Shown: positions 36,902 through 50,574 of the stretch, one piece after another
Layout: the number at the start of each line of letters is the position of its first letter
Position numbering within the stretch: position 1 is the stretch's first letter
NCBI GenBank assembly: GCA_039096225.1
Contig: JBBPEB010000013.1
Span: 744,001-808,000, forward strand
Direction: 5' to 3'
Origin: Blastocystis sp. Blastoise
Lineage: Eukaryota; Protista; Bigyra: Opalinata
DNA length: 64,000 nucleotides
Made by a program: the position numbers and the translations under genes
Notes under the pieces: generated by a model
Told to the model about the DNA's origin: nothing
Seen by the model: the letters and a program-made list of their open reading frames with translations, nothing else
Databases searched by the model: none

Positions 36902-39855
36902 ATATTCTTACTAATAGTATTACTTATATAATACATTTTATGTTTCTTATATATATATATTATCATGAATTATTTATTTTCTTTATTTTTTTCTTCTTTT
37001 TTCTTTATATTTCTTTTTCTCTTCTTCTTTTGACAATCATAATGTACTTTTTCTTATTCTATGTACATTCTTTTATTAAATAAAAAAAAATTTCACAATA
37101 CCTTTTGTTTTACTCTATATTGTTTCTTTTCTTTATATACCATTATTTGATTTATTTATCATTGTGATATTAATTAATTGCATTCTGCTTTTATTGTCTC
37201 ATGATTTGTAATAGAAATCTATTTCATTAACTATTACAAAAAAATACATGTCTCTATTATTTCATCTTATTCTAAAACGCAAGTTGAGTTTTATATTCAT
37301 TTTATATGTAACAAAACAAAACATATTAAAGAGAGAAATTTTAGTTAATGTCACTTGAACAATAGAATCAAAGAAAGACAACTTTTTAAACCTTAGCAAT
37401 TAAGTTACATATTCTATTTTTTTAGGACTATAAAAATATTAGAATAGTATTATAAAAATAAGTATGTAAAAATATTTCATAAATAACACTACTCTCCACT
37501 TTTGCAAGAATAAAAATTATGACAATGCACGGAATGCACTGAAATAGAGTGTGTCTTGCAATATCGTATCAAATAATAATAAAATAAATATTTATGTACC
37601 TTAATTTTAAAAGCTTAATATCGTATATTCAGCGTCTTAGGGCATCAACTTCAGTGATATTTTTCTGTATGATAATCACTATAATCATTGTTATCCTTAT
37701 TTTCAATGGATAAATCGATTTTTAAAAGAGAATCAACGAAGCAACTATAGAAAAAAGAATAAGAATGTATCAATCATTTCATAAAGATGCGCCACTTTAA
37801 AGCACAGCTTTCCACAATAAAGGAATAAATCTAGGCTTTGTTTGATATGCTTCAGTCATTAAGTTGATAGCAAGTATCTCCTGAGCTTCGTCCCAAAGCC
37901 ATGATTATATTATAAGATAAATATATACTTGATATAGTTTAATTCATGATGTGATAAAGGTTATTATAACAAAATAATAAATGAATAAAAAATATAATAA
38001 AAATCATCTCTTGGATAAATAGAATTGAAATCCAGGGGGTAAATAAAGAAAAAAAAAACAAAACGGAAGTAATGAGAATAGATCGATATGATTGGCTTAT
38101 ATTAAAATATTGTTCATAAATAATTATTTTTTGTTTTTTTCGATAGTTTTGATCATATAAGATTGTATAAGCGCTGATGAAGAGTGATTTATGTTGATAG
38201 AGCGATGAATAGTATAGAAAACTATTTTGTTAATGCACGAATGATGTGTAGATTCTTATTGGTGTGATTAAAATCTTAACTAGTTTGTCTTTACTTGTTG
38301 TTTTTGAAAGTAATTTTACCGGGAAGATAAATTGATTATAATAAAATGAAAAAATGAGAGAGAAATATGTTCATGCACTACTGTCGTTTTGCTTTTTTTC
38401 TTGATATTTCCCCGTGAGAGAGAGAGTAAAATGACTCAGATTTTTTGATCAAAAATAGTTTGGCCTAAACTCGTAAACAGTTTTTCCGCCAGACAACCTG
38501 GGGACTCAGAATTTCTCGGTTCAAAAAAGAAACTTGAACAGAGAAAGTTTTTATTTGACTATGGTTTACCATCAATATGCGACTTTATTTTAATATGATG
38601 TTATATGTGTGTTTAGAGCATAGTATATGACGTGAAAATCATGTTTAGAACTTTAAACAGCTAATTTTGAGAAAGATCGTAATTATGTGGTGAAATAATA
38701 AGAGATGAGTTTTTTAATTCACCCAACTAATAGTAAAGCTCTGTATGCATGTCTGTGTCCAACAACAACTGATTTCTTCACTAGTCGTGATTCACTGATA
38801 ATGGAGTAAAGGCAGTTTTTTATTCGAGAAAGGATTATGCTATTCTTTTCTATATCATAGAGAATACTTTTTAAATGTCAACACTCAAAAATAACTAAAA
38901 TTGGTATTATTTAAAAAATGACAAAAAATATTTCCCGCAATATCCGAGTTGTTCCCCAAATAATTTTACTTTTTTTATCCACTCTTAGCCGCCAAACTGG
39001 TTATGTTATACCCAAGAGAATGTTAATGGCAAATCCAGGACAATATGATTCAGACCATATTAACTTATTCTAAAACTTAGTTTGCCTGTATATTTTTTAT
39101 TGTAGTTATTTATTTTTTATTGTATTCTTTTATAATAGTTTAATACTAAATATCTTCAGTTATTAATTTATATATAATTTTGACTTTAAATATATTAACT
39201 TCTTTTCCCATTTCTTTTGTATTTTGTTATATATAGATTTCTGCTTTGTTAACTGCTTGAAGATGTTGTATGGCAAGTGTTCATTATGTTTTCTATTCAA
39301 ATAACTACTTTGAGAGGATGAATCTTATTTTACGTGTTGTTTCTTTTTTTATTTTGTTGTATGTTTTATTTTATTTTATTTATTCTAATCTGTATAGGTG
39401 ATACAAACTAATTTTGATGTGTTTTGATTCATTCTTTCCATCATCTTGTTGCATTGTCTTTCAAAACCAGTCAGTATATAAATATTTATTGTTTTTGTTT
39501 TCTTTTATGTTTTATTATTATTATTATTATTATTTAGTTTATTTTTTCATGTTATTTATTCAGTATAAAGAATTTATTATTATATATTAGTTACTAATTA
39601 TAATGTGTCTTATATGTCTCTTTCTAGGTCTTTTAATGTTATTAGAGATGTCTCATTTAGTCCTTAATTGTCTTATTCTCCTTTATTCAAACATCATTTA
39701 TCATTGAATCTTCTTCGTTCCTAGATCTTCTTTTCTACATCTCTTCTTTCATGTTTTATTAAATATTCAAAAATAGTTTCAAATTTTATTCTTTTCTCTT
39801 CTTAGTATTCTCTTTTCTTAGTCATTGTAAAGGGGCTTGATTTATGTTCAGACAA

Positions 39856-39910
39856 TTCTTCTTCTTCTTCTTCTTCTTCTTCTTCTTCTTCTTCTTCTTC
39901 TTCTTCTTCT
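39856..39910. repeat. (TTC)n microsatellite
   Basis: Visible directly. Confidence 0.9.
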
Positions 39911-40051
39911 CAATTATCCTCATTTATCTTCACCTATCCTTCATCTATTCTTCTTTTTGCTGTTTTTTTAATTTTCTTTCTATTATACATACCTGTTATT
40001 TCAATTTTCATATTATTTTATACTTATTATTTTTAGCTTCTTTTACTGTAA

Positions 40052-43000
40052 CAAGCGTTTCACGACTGGCTACGCCAGCCTACGCTTGAGTTTTGATAGT
40101 TGTCATCTCTTAATTGTTATATTTTATGTTGGTTTTTTTTTAAATATTATGTTTATTTTTATGTTTTTGTTATTCATTTCTATTTTTTTATTTTTAGGAT
40201 GAAGACTATTTCATATTTTATAAATTATTATTTCAATTGTTTTAGTTGTTATCTTCTATTGTTTAGTTATTAGTTTAGTATATTCTAAATAATTCAATTC
40301 ATACTTTATTGATAATTCCTATTTAACATTTTATATTACATTTTTTTGAGTATTATTTCCTTTTTTATTTAGTATCATTTTAGCTATTTTTATTATTGAT
40401 TATATATATTTATTGTTTATTAATAATAATTGATTAGCTCTTGTGTTTTATTTTTGATCTTATTCATATTTCTATTTCTATTTCTATTTCTATTTCTATT
40501 TCTATTTCTATTTCTATTTCTATTTCTATTTAGATTTCTATTTCTATTTAGATTTCTATTTCTATTTAGATTTCTATTTAGATTTCTATTTCTATTTCTA
40601 TTTCTATTTCTATTTCTATTTCTATTTCTATTTCTATTTCTATTTCTATTTCTATTTCTATTTCTATTTCTATTTCTATTTCTATTTCTATTTCTATTTC
40701 TATTTCTATTTCTATTTCTATTTCTATTTCTATTTCTATTTCTATTTCTATTTCTATTTCTATTTCTATTTCTATTTCTATTTCTATTTCTATTTCTATT
40801 TCTATTTCTATTTCTATTTCTATTTCTATTTCTATTTCTATTTCTATTTCTATTTCTATTTCTATTTAGATTTCTATTTCTATTTCTATTTCTATTTCTA
40901 TTTCTATTTCTATTTCTATTTAGATTTCTATTTAGATTTCTATTTCTATTTCTATTTCTATTTCTATTTAGATTTCTATTTAGATTTAAATTTATATTTT
41001 AGTTTTCTATATTAATTCACTTTTCTTTGTTAATTTATTTATAACTGTTTTTGTAATTATAAATTCATTTAGTTTTATAAATATTTTATACTTTAAACAA
41101 TATTATTATGATTATAAAATATTTTTTCTTTTAAAACTTATTATTATCAGTTATTTCTTATCTTTAAGAATTTATTTTTTATTTTTAATTATTCTATATA
41201 ATTATTATTATGAGAAAGAACTTACTCTTTTGTCTAAAAAATATTATTTATTCTTTTATAAATTTTCTCATATATTATTTTATTCCATTTTAAATTATTA
41301 TCATTTTTATCTCTATTTGATTTTTTATATTCTATCATTTCTTTTTATATATACTATTATATATATATATTTAATATTTTATTATACCCCTTTTCTTATT
41401 AATAAATGTTTAATTATATGTAATAGTTACTATATTTTAATACTATCAGATTCAAATGTTTATAATATTATTATTTTTTATTACTCCTATTTCAATTTGG
41501 ATTTAAAAAAATATATATATATTTTTAATAATTAAAATATATATATTATTCTATATAATCGATAATAACTCATAGAGTTCTTTCTAAATATTTATCATAT
41601 ATAGAATTTCTTTTATAAAAGAAAAAAAGAATTATTTTTAAAAATTATCTATTCATTTTTTATAATGTTTTCAAAATCATTTCATTAAATGAAACGAAAA
41701 ACTAAATATAAACCAAAAATTACATTCTATATCATAAATAGATTTAGTACTTTAAAAACTGTAACTATCATACATAAAATATAGTTTATAAAACAAATGA
41801 GTTATTTTAAAAAAACTCTAAAAGACTTTAACGTTTTGAAATACACATATCCACTTTTATTTTAACTAATTTTATGCTAATATACATATATATTTAATTT
41901 ATTATTTTAATTTATAAAAAGTAACTTGAATTTCATTTGTTTAAAGTCACAATTACAAAAAATGAGTTCTTTTGAAAGATAAAAAACATTCTTTAAGCTA
42001 TAATATTTTTGTATTTAGTGACAAAAAAACGTATTATACTGTTTTAGAAACAATTAAAATCTTTTTACCCATTCTAACATTCCTATCAAACAGTCAACTA
42101 CATTTAATTAAACTAATTTTTAATATTTTATATTCTATAATAAGTCTATTTATTATTTTTATAAAAAGTGACTTGAATCTCTTGACTTAACTATTGTAAT
42201 TCTAAAGAATCAAATTTTTAAACAACTTAAAATGTTTATTTATTGTAGATTTTAATATAAAATACTCCAAAAACACTCAATACTTTCTTATTCTAACCAT
42301 TTTTTTAAAATAGACTCATTTTAACATTTTGGTCAAACACACAACCACCTTTATTTCAAACAATTCTTTTATTATTATAAACATTAAACACTCTAATACT
42401 CATTTTTACAAAAAGTGACTTGAATCTCTTCACTTAAGACAGTCAAACAGACAATTCAAAATTATTTTACCCTTTAAACTCATTATAAAGTGATAATATT
42501 TATAGAATTGTCCTAATATATGGTTTAGGACATATTGAACTACTTTTTATAAAATTATGAGCCAACATGTGCATATACTCATTCACTCGTCAACTCCACT
42601 TTTGACCATTTTTTTGAGATATGCAATACATATAATGTCTAGTTTTCAAATATGTAAAAATTAATTGTCAAATATGAATTTGATTTGTCAACTTTCAGAA
42701 AATTTTTAGAAAAACGATTTTTCAATTTTCAGTTTTTTAACATGTTATACTATTGACTCTACTGAACTCATTTTTTTATTAATTTCAAATATTAAAAATA
42801 ATATAATTAATATATCTTATTCTATGTATTTATTTGTTAAAATTATATAAAATAATAAAATATTGACTGAGAAATTAATGTTATAAAGTATACCCTTTTT
42901 TCAAAAAATAATTTTTTTATGTTTTTCATATATAATTTTTTATCTCAAAAGTTATTATATATTTTGATAAGATTTTTATCAATATATAAACTATAGGTTG

Positions 43001-44502
43001 TCTAGTTTATATATAAGTTTTATTTATTTTTTAAAAATTAATATTGATGGAGAAATTGTCAAAATAAACTATAGTATCAAAAATGTTTTCTTTTTTTAAA
43101 CGATTTATTTCACTAATTAAAGACAATTAAAAACTTATTTATTTATTTTAAGCTTATTTATGACATATACAACTCATAAAGACTCATAACTAACTTTTTA
43201 AAACAAACATTGTCTGTATCAGTTCAACATGTTGTCTTAACTTTTTCAAATAAGTGATATATAGTATCCATGAGTGGTTCTAAACACATATTAAAACGTT
43301 TTAAGAGTTTATTGAGTTAACATTGTCTGGTGATCTGTTGTTAAAGTCTTTTAAAAACAAAATAAAATTGTAAAATATGTTTATTTTGGTATGTAGTTTT
43401 TAAATATAAAGTAAAATGTCAAATAAAATTGTTAATGATGAAAATATAAACAAAAAACAAATGAAAACTTTTTAAGAAAATTTTTTGAAAGTCATTTTTT
43501 ATTGAGTTCAACTATTGACTCTTGTCACCTGAGTTTTCAATTAATTAAAAAAATGAAAAATATGTATCTGCTATGACATGTCTAGTTTCTAAATATGTTT
43601 TAACTTTTTTATTTTATTAAGAATTGATTGAGAAATCACAATAACAAACTATACCCTTTTTTGAAAATTTTCATTTTTATGTTTTTCATATAAATGAATG
43701 TTTCTCAGTCAATATTCAATATTTAGATAAAATAAAAAATATGTATCTGCAATAGCTTATCTTAATTATAATTATACTTTTATTTTTAAAAAATACCCAA
43801 AACTCAAGGAGAAAGACGAATAACAAACTATACTATCAAAACATCAAAATTTCTATTATCAAATATTTTCTTATGAAAACTTTTTAAACAACTAAAAGAC
43901 ATATTTCTGACATGTATTGATTCAAAATCACTTGAATAAACTCAAATAAGTTTATAAAGAAGGAATGTGTTGGATATCAGTTTGTCTTTTGTTGTTATTT
44001 AAAGGAATTATTGTTGTTTCAGAGTAGTTGAGGTCAGTATCATTGCATATAAAATGGTTTTAGAGTTTATAGTTAGTGATGTGTGTATTGATATGTTGTC
44101 AACTTCTAAATATAAACAAATTTACCCGTCAAAACTATTTATTAGACTAACCCGTCAATAAAAGTCAATTTTATAAAAATAAATATAAAGAATGTGAGTA
44201 GATATAGAAAAAATAAGAAAACAATAAAAAATAAAAAACGAAAAATAAGTGTTTTTATAAAAATGAAAAATATTGGATAAAATAGAAATAATCCAATAAT
44301 TTTGGTTAAAATTTTGTGCGAAAATGGTTTTTTGCGTTTTTTAGCCAGAAATTTAGAGTTTTCGAAAAATTTCTTTAACAGTCATTTTCAGAATTGTGTT
44401 CCGGTTTTTATGATGTTATTTTTATTTTATAAAAGTTAATAACAAAGTCAATAAATGTGAAAGTGTGTGAGACACCGTACGCTACATGAACTAAATTAAG
44501 GA
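40052..44502 (-). mobile_element. Non-autonomous Helitron related to the element at 50575-63854
   Basis: On the minus strand: 5' A|TCCTTAATTTAG at 44502; the first ~2.2 kb (44502 to ~42305) aligns with 50575 to ~52770; 3' end AAAACTCAAGCGTAGGCTGGCGTAGCCAGTCGTGAAACGCTTG|T at 40052. No coding capacity and no target-site duplication. Confidence 0.85.
40469..40985. repeat. (TTTCTA)n microsatellite with TTTAGA variants, inside the minus-strand Helitron
   Basis: Visible directly. Confidence 0.95.
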
Positions 44503-45660
44503 TATTAATTATGTTTTTGTTTTATTTCCATTATGTTTACTACTTTGATTCTTTATTTCTGCATCTTTTAATTCTATCTTATATCTTTCTACCTATTCTA
44601 TTGTCCTACTCTACTTCAATCTAATTTTCAGCCTCTTATTTTGTTTTCATCCCTTTCGTTTTCTTCAAATCTTCATACTATTATAAACATATCCTTTTAT
44701 TTTATTACTTATATTTTCACTTTTCCCTTTATATGTTATGCTACTTCTATCTATCTTATTCTTGGTGTACTTTTGTGAACATATTTTGCTTATTCTATAT
44801 ATTATTTTATTCAGTCTTTATCTATTTTTTTATCTTAATTTTTCTGTATTATTATATTCGATTTTCATTTTATTTTATCTTTTCATTTAACACTTTTAAT
44901 GTTATTTTTTTTATTGCTATATATTTATCTTGTATTATAGTTCACTTTATATATATATATATATAGTATATTTATTATTCATTCATTTATTCTTCATGAA
45001 ACTTCTTCTTTCTATATACAATCTCAACTCTCTTTACTACCTTTTCTCCTCCCTAAATTTATTTTAATTCATCTTTATCTTCGTTTTCTGCTTTCTATTA
45101 CATATTTTGCATATTATTCTTCATTCTTCCTCCTTACTTATTATATATTATTCAAATCATTTATTACCTTCATTATTTTGATGTATATATCTTTATTAAT
45201 CTATCTTTTATATATTCATTTCCTTCCTTTTCTTTCTATTCTGATTTCATTAGATTCTTGTTCTTTTGTCACGTATATATCAATTGTTTTCTTTTTATTT
45301 TAAAATATATATTTATATCATTTTATTCTTATTATATGCTTTTATTTTTTATTATTTAATAATACTTCTGTTCTATTTCTATAATTTCTATAACTATTTT
45401 TAAGTTTATTATATATAGGTATAAATATCAACCATCTATTAAGGTATTATTTTTATTCTTCTAAAGATTTCATTGGTTCTTCTTCCATCTTGTTACTTAT
45501 TCTTTCTTTTCTTACTTCTTCATTCATCTTCTATATATTCTTCTTCATTCTTATATCTTGTTATGTTTGTTCTCTATTGTTCTATGTTCTTTATCCTTCT
45601 CATATCTTCTTCTTTTTCATTCTTTTTATTCTCTTCTTTGTTCTTTATCCTTCTTATATA

Positions 45661-47723
45661 TCTTATATATAAAAGGGATAACCCAGCACGAAATTGTACT
45701 GATATAAATGGACCGATTACTTTTTTGTGTTACGTATCTATGTTACACTGATAACAGAGTAAGATACTACATGAAAAACGTATTCTGACGCGCTTTTAAA
45801 ATTTTCAAAAATTCCACGTCTAAGGGCCTAAAACGGTAAGACAAAAAAAAATTTAACGGAAATGCCCCAAATAATTGGCTAAAATTCAAAATTTGAGTTT
45901 TTATCCAATAAACACATTTCGTACACAAAATTTCTATTTATTTTTCATTTTCTCAGAAATTTCTTCATTTTTTACATTTTTCTACTTAAAATTTTCCTTT
46001 TATATTTTTTCATTAAATAATTTTTATATATTTTTATTGACTTTTATTTTTCTTTATGATGTACTTTATATTTGTTATTAATTATTAATATATTTTATTT
46101 TAAATACACAACATTTTTCGCCACATGTATAAACTATTTTTAAATTATAAAAAGACAATTAGACAAGAATCATTTTTACTAAGTGACTTTAATTGATTAA
46201 AATTAACTTATATACATAAAATAACCTAAATAATAATAATATATGAAGCTTTCAAAAAATTTGATCCACAAAGTTTTGAGATATCGGACACATTCTCTTT
46301 TGATCATTTTAAAATTTAATGAAAACTATCTAGATCATGATGATAACTCATAAAACCATCCTAAAAGTCATTAAAACCTGTTTTTAGCATGTTGAAAAAT
46401 TAACAAAAAACTTCAATTGCGTGTTCTGTCAACATTCTTTATTTTATTAAATTTTAAACGTTACAGAGTTTATCTAATGTGTTTATATTCATGAATTATT
46501 TGAACACATTCTTAAAATAAAAAGGTAGAAGAGATATCGAAATCATTTTACTCTTAATAAAAACATTTGGACTTAATATTTGATATTTAAACTAAAATCG
46601 CCACTCATTGAACCCATCAGGTTGTTTTCAAGACAAGAATGAGTCGATATCTGTTTGGTTAACCCTCATAAAATCAAATTATGACTACATTTATGAATAC
46701 AGTGACCTTAATCATACATGAATATGTCATTATTGCATATTTATGACAACAAAGTTGGTGTATCGGCTGATTTTGACTTCTTTAATTTCGACTTTTGACT
46801 TCATATTTGGTATAAGGATGCCTTAAGTGTTACACTATAATATTTTATATCTTTAAAGTCTTTTTAAAAAAGGTCAAAAAAAGTTAATTGCGACTTTGTA
46901 CCAAAAAAAGTCGTCCTAACACTCTTTTTAAAAGTCATATTAATAGGTAATATACTATTACATATATATATAAAGTCAAAATATAAAATATCGTTGAATC
47001 TCGGGTTCAAAAATGAAAAAGAAATTTTGATTTTTTTCAAAAATTTTGTTTTTATTGTTTTAACTAAGGTCAATTTCCACCATCATTTTTCTATTAATAA
47101 AGTAATTTTTTTATAATATATAATATGTTTTATTCTGATTATAAATTTGTAAAAATATATTCTTAAAAATAAAAATTGACTGAGAAATAAATTTTCAAAG
47201 TGATATGTCTCTCAAAAAAAGAATATTTTTTTTATACTGTTTTTTTATTATTGTATCCCTATAAATATACTATTAATTAACTGAAAAAAAATGTTCTATA
47301 ACTACAAGTATTATATATATTTATTTATAATATTGAAAAATTATATTAGTCAAGTTAATAATTATTTTTAGTATATGTCATATATAAGTATTACATATAT
47401 TTTCTTATCAAAAGAATTCATTTGAAAAAATCGATAATATATATATACATTTTTTATTCATTTTTGTTCTCTTTAAAATATCTTTAAATACGTACTTATA
47501 TATTTATACTATATATGAAAATAAAAGAATGTACTGACTTAATTTATAAATTTTTAAATATAAACAAACATAATTTTAGTTTCATTACTTTTAGACATCT
47601 TTATTATGAAACGAATTCTTTATGAATATAAAAAAAGTTTATCTATTATTTAAAAAAAATATGAATACAAATTCTTATTCATAAACTATAATGTGTTTTA
47701 TTATATATGGTAAGTAGATATTA
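45661..47723 (+). mobile_element. Probable 5' part of another Helitron-like element; 3' end not found
   Basis: A|TCTTATATATAAAAGGG at 45661 resembles typical Helitron 5' termini, and sequence complexity changes abruptly there. It shares the internal motif ATTGACTGAGAAAT (~47174) with the other Helitrons. The right boundary is uncertain. Confidence 0.45.
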
Positions 47724-47865
47724 GTGATATGAAATAGTAGTAGTTGAACTTTTGAATTTTTAAAATTTTAATTTATTTTTTAACTATAAAAAAACAACGT
47801 GTTGTTTTTTATATAGTTAAAAAATAAATTAAAATTTTAAAAATTCAAAAGTTCAACTACTACTA
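47724..47865. repeat. Near-perfect palindrome centred at 47799-47800; its last 11 bp are displaced to 50548-50558 by a Helitron insertion
   Basis: GTGATATGAAATAGTAGTAGTTGAACTTTTGAATTTT...CAAC-GT-GTTG...AAAATTCAAAAGTTCAACTACTACTA, then TTTCATATCAC at 50548. Confidence 0.9.
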
Positions 47866-50547
47866 TCATTACTATTATAAAGCAAATAGGCAAAAAAATT
47901 CCCATTGGTCAGTTTTTGGAAAATTCATTTGATTGGCTACTATATACTAGAGTTTGTACCCACAACTCCTCTAAACTTACGGGGAGTTAACTTTTGGTTG
48001 AAACACAGTTCAATACGATATAACGTGTAGTTGTGCACCGTATATTTGGTTAAGCGATATTATTAATAATTAAAAAGTTATTAATAAAAGAACAGAAAAC
48101 ATGATTTTTGAGTCGTTTTTGATTGGCTCTTTGGGATGACCCCGATAAAAATTGTTGACCAGACAATTGGAAAATAAACATGGGGTAAACTTGATTTTTT
48201 CTCAATCCCACAATATACGTTATCCGTGTTTATTCTTTATATTTATCTATTTTTAAAGACTTTTTCATATTGAACACGTGAGGCCTTAACGGTCAAATTT
48301 AGATTGTTAATTTGACATCATATTCTGATTCAGGAGGTCAAAAAACCTAGGTGTAGCGATTTTCAGTTCCTGAGGACAATTTTTGAGTGATCGATATTTT
48401 CATCGATCTTCTTATAATCGACTAATATTACAGTATTGTAATTGATAGGTCATCAAACTACTATAGTAGAAACAAAGTTTTTAAATAACGAGTTAAAAAG
48501 TGACAATTTTGAAAAAATGTGAATTAAGTGGTCTTAGAGTGAGAGATTCAATATAATGACTTTTATTTAATAAACTATAGTTATAACTCCATACTATATT
48601 AAAAGAAGAGTCAAAATTATGATGGTCAAAGTGTATGACCAAATGACAAAATGTGTCTTAAAAAGTAAAATGGCTTCTATATGTGTTTAGAATCATGTAT
48701 TAAGTATATTCTATGAATAAGAGCTTTAAATAAATAGTTTAAGGTTGTCAAATTCAAAAGAATGTGTAAAACATAGTCTTAGACTTTGAATAAAAAATTT
48801 AGAGATATTAATTAGTGTACAGCTATAGTAGCTCTACAACATATCAAAAGTACAAAGAAAATAATTTTTAGAGAGTGGATGTGTGAGGTGTTGTGACTAT
48901 TATTTAAAATTTATTTTTACTTCTGTTTGAGCAAAATCGTGAATTTCGTGCACTGTAGAAAAATTGAGTCAAAAAAACAACTCTAAGGGTCTTAAATTTA
49001 AAAAAATGTAAAAATAAGTGACTTAGAGGACGAGATTCAATATTTGAGTGTTTATTCATTAAACTAGAGTGTATGACCTATATTATGTTAAAAGAAGGGA
49101 CAAAAATATTTTGATCAAAGTGTATGACCAAATGGTAAAGTGTCTTTAAAAAGTCTAAAGTGATGACTAATATGTTTATGGTGTCTTATAAAGTCTACTA
49201 TGTAAATATTAGCTTTTAAAAATATGTTTAAGCCTTTCAATTAGTAAAAATATGTTCAAAGAGACTCATAAAATGAGAATTTTAAGAAACGAGATATTGT
49301 TCAGTATACACTAAGAGACACTCTACAACATATCAAAAATATAGCAAAAACTATTTTTAGAGAGTGGATGTGTGAAGGGTTGTGTGAGTTATTGAAAAAA
49401 TATTTTTCACTCAGTTTATCCAAAATTGTGTTTTTGGAACACTGTAGAAAAATTAACTTCAAAAATCAACTCTAAGGGTCTTAATTTTTAAAAATGTGAA
49501 AATGACTGACTTAGAGGACGAGATTCAAAATTCCCTCTCACTTTCATATAACTAGACCACACACTCTATATTATATCAAAAGGAGGGACGAAAATATTTT
49601 GGTCAAAGTAAATGAGCAAATGCAAAAGGTTTATAAAATGTTTTAAAGTGATGACCAATGTGTAGCTATGGTCATATTAAGTAAACTATGTAAATATTAG
49701 CATTTAAAAATGAGTTTAAGTGTGTCAACTTTTCATAATGTGTCAAAAAGGGTCTTTAAGACAGAGATTCAAAACATTTACTTTTATTTAATAAATAGTA
49801 TGATAAACTCTATACTATACCAAAAGACTGAAGGAAACTGTTTTGATACAGTGGATCTTGAATGTGTAAAGTCTATTTAAAAGTCACTTTTTCGAGTCAT
49901 TTATGATTAAAATAAGTATTTGAGACAACTGAAGAAATATTAACTTTTTAAACCATGTTTTATTAGTCAAAGTTAGAATGAATGCTGACTTTGTTATGAT
50001 TAAAGCTTTCTAATTCTTTTAAAAAGTATGAAAATGAGTTTAAATCATTATATTACGTTTATTTAAATAAATTTTATGAATTAAAAATACTCAAGAGTAC
50101 TTCACATTGTGACTCATTTCTAAAGTTGTTGACTTTAAAAACTCAAAAAATGCTTAAAACAGTTGTTTAATTATTTATAAATACAAAATATATTTTTAAA
50201 ATAATAAATAATATATAATAATACAAATTTCGTTTTTAGTATCTAAGAAATTCTTTTAGTTTTTTAAATATTATTAAAAAGAATCTAAAAGATACTTATA
50301 TCAGGAATTGAACCTGATTACAATCATTTACTGATTATAACTCCCCATATAGAGTATAAGAAATGTAATAAATAATAGATAATAAATAATAATAGATAAT
50401 AGATAATAAATAATAATATATAATAAATGATAAATAATAAATAACAATAGATAATAAATGATAAAAGATACAAAAAGCCAAACATATATGATTTTATGCA
50501 GCCGCGGTCCGGGGCCGTTAGGCACTGGACCTGCGGCGTGACCCTAG
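47866..50547 (+). mobile_element. Non-autonomous Helitron (2682 bp) with canonical TC...hairpin-CTAG termini
   Basis: 5' A|TCATTACTATTATAAAGC; 3' GC-rich hairpin GCCGCGGTCC...GGACCTGCGGC (50501-50537), then CTAG|T. Removing the element restores the palindrome arm CTACTACTA|TTTCATATCAC. Confidence 0.9.
48470..49990 (+). repeat. Satellite-like array of ~245-bp monomers arranged as ~489-bp dimers inside the non-autonomous Helitron
   Basis: GAGATTCAA at 48543, 49032, 49520 and 49764; GAGATATT at 48802 and 49291; TTTTTAGAGAGTGGATGTGTGA and CAACTCTAAGGGTCTTAA each occur twice about 489 bp apart. Confidence 0.8.
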
Positions 50548-50574
50548 TTTCATATCACGAAACAGATATTAATA

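Noticed and set aside
40469-40985. Interstitial telomeric repeat
   Set aside because: (TTTCTA)n lacks the G-run typical of telomere repeats and sits inside a Helitron; treated as a microsatellite.
48470-49990. CRISPR-like array
   Set aside because: The whole unit is repeated with divergence, there are no unique spacers, and the context is eukaryotic.
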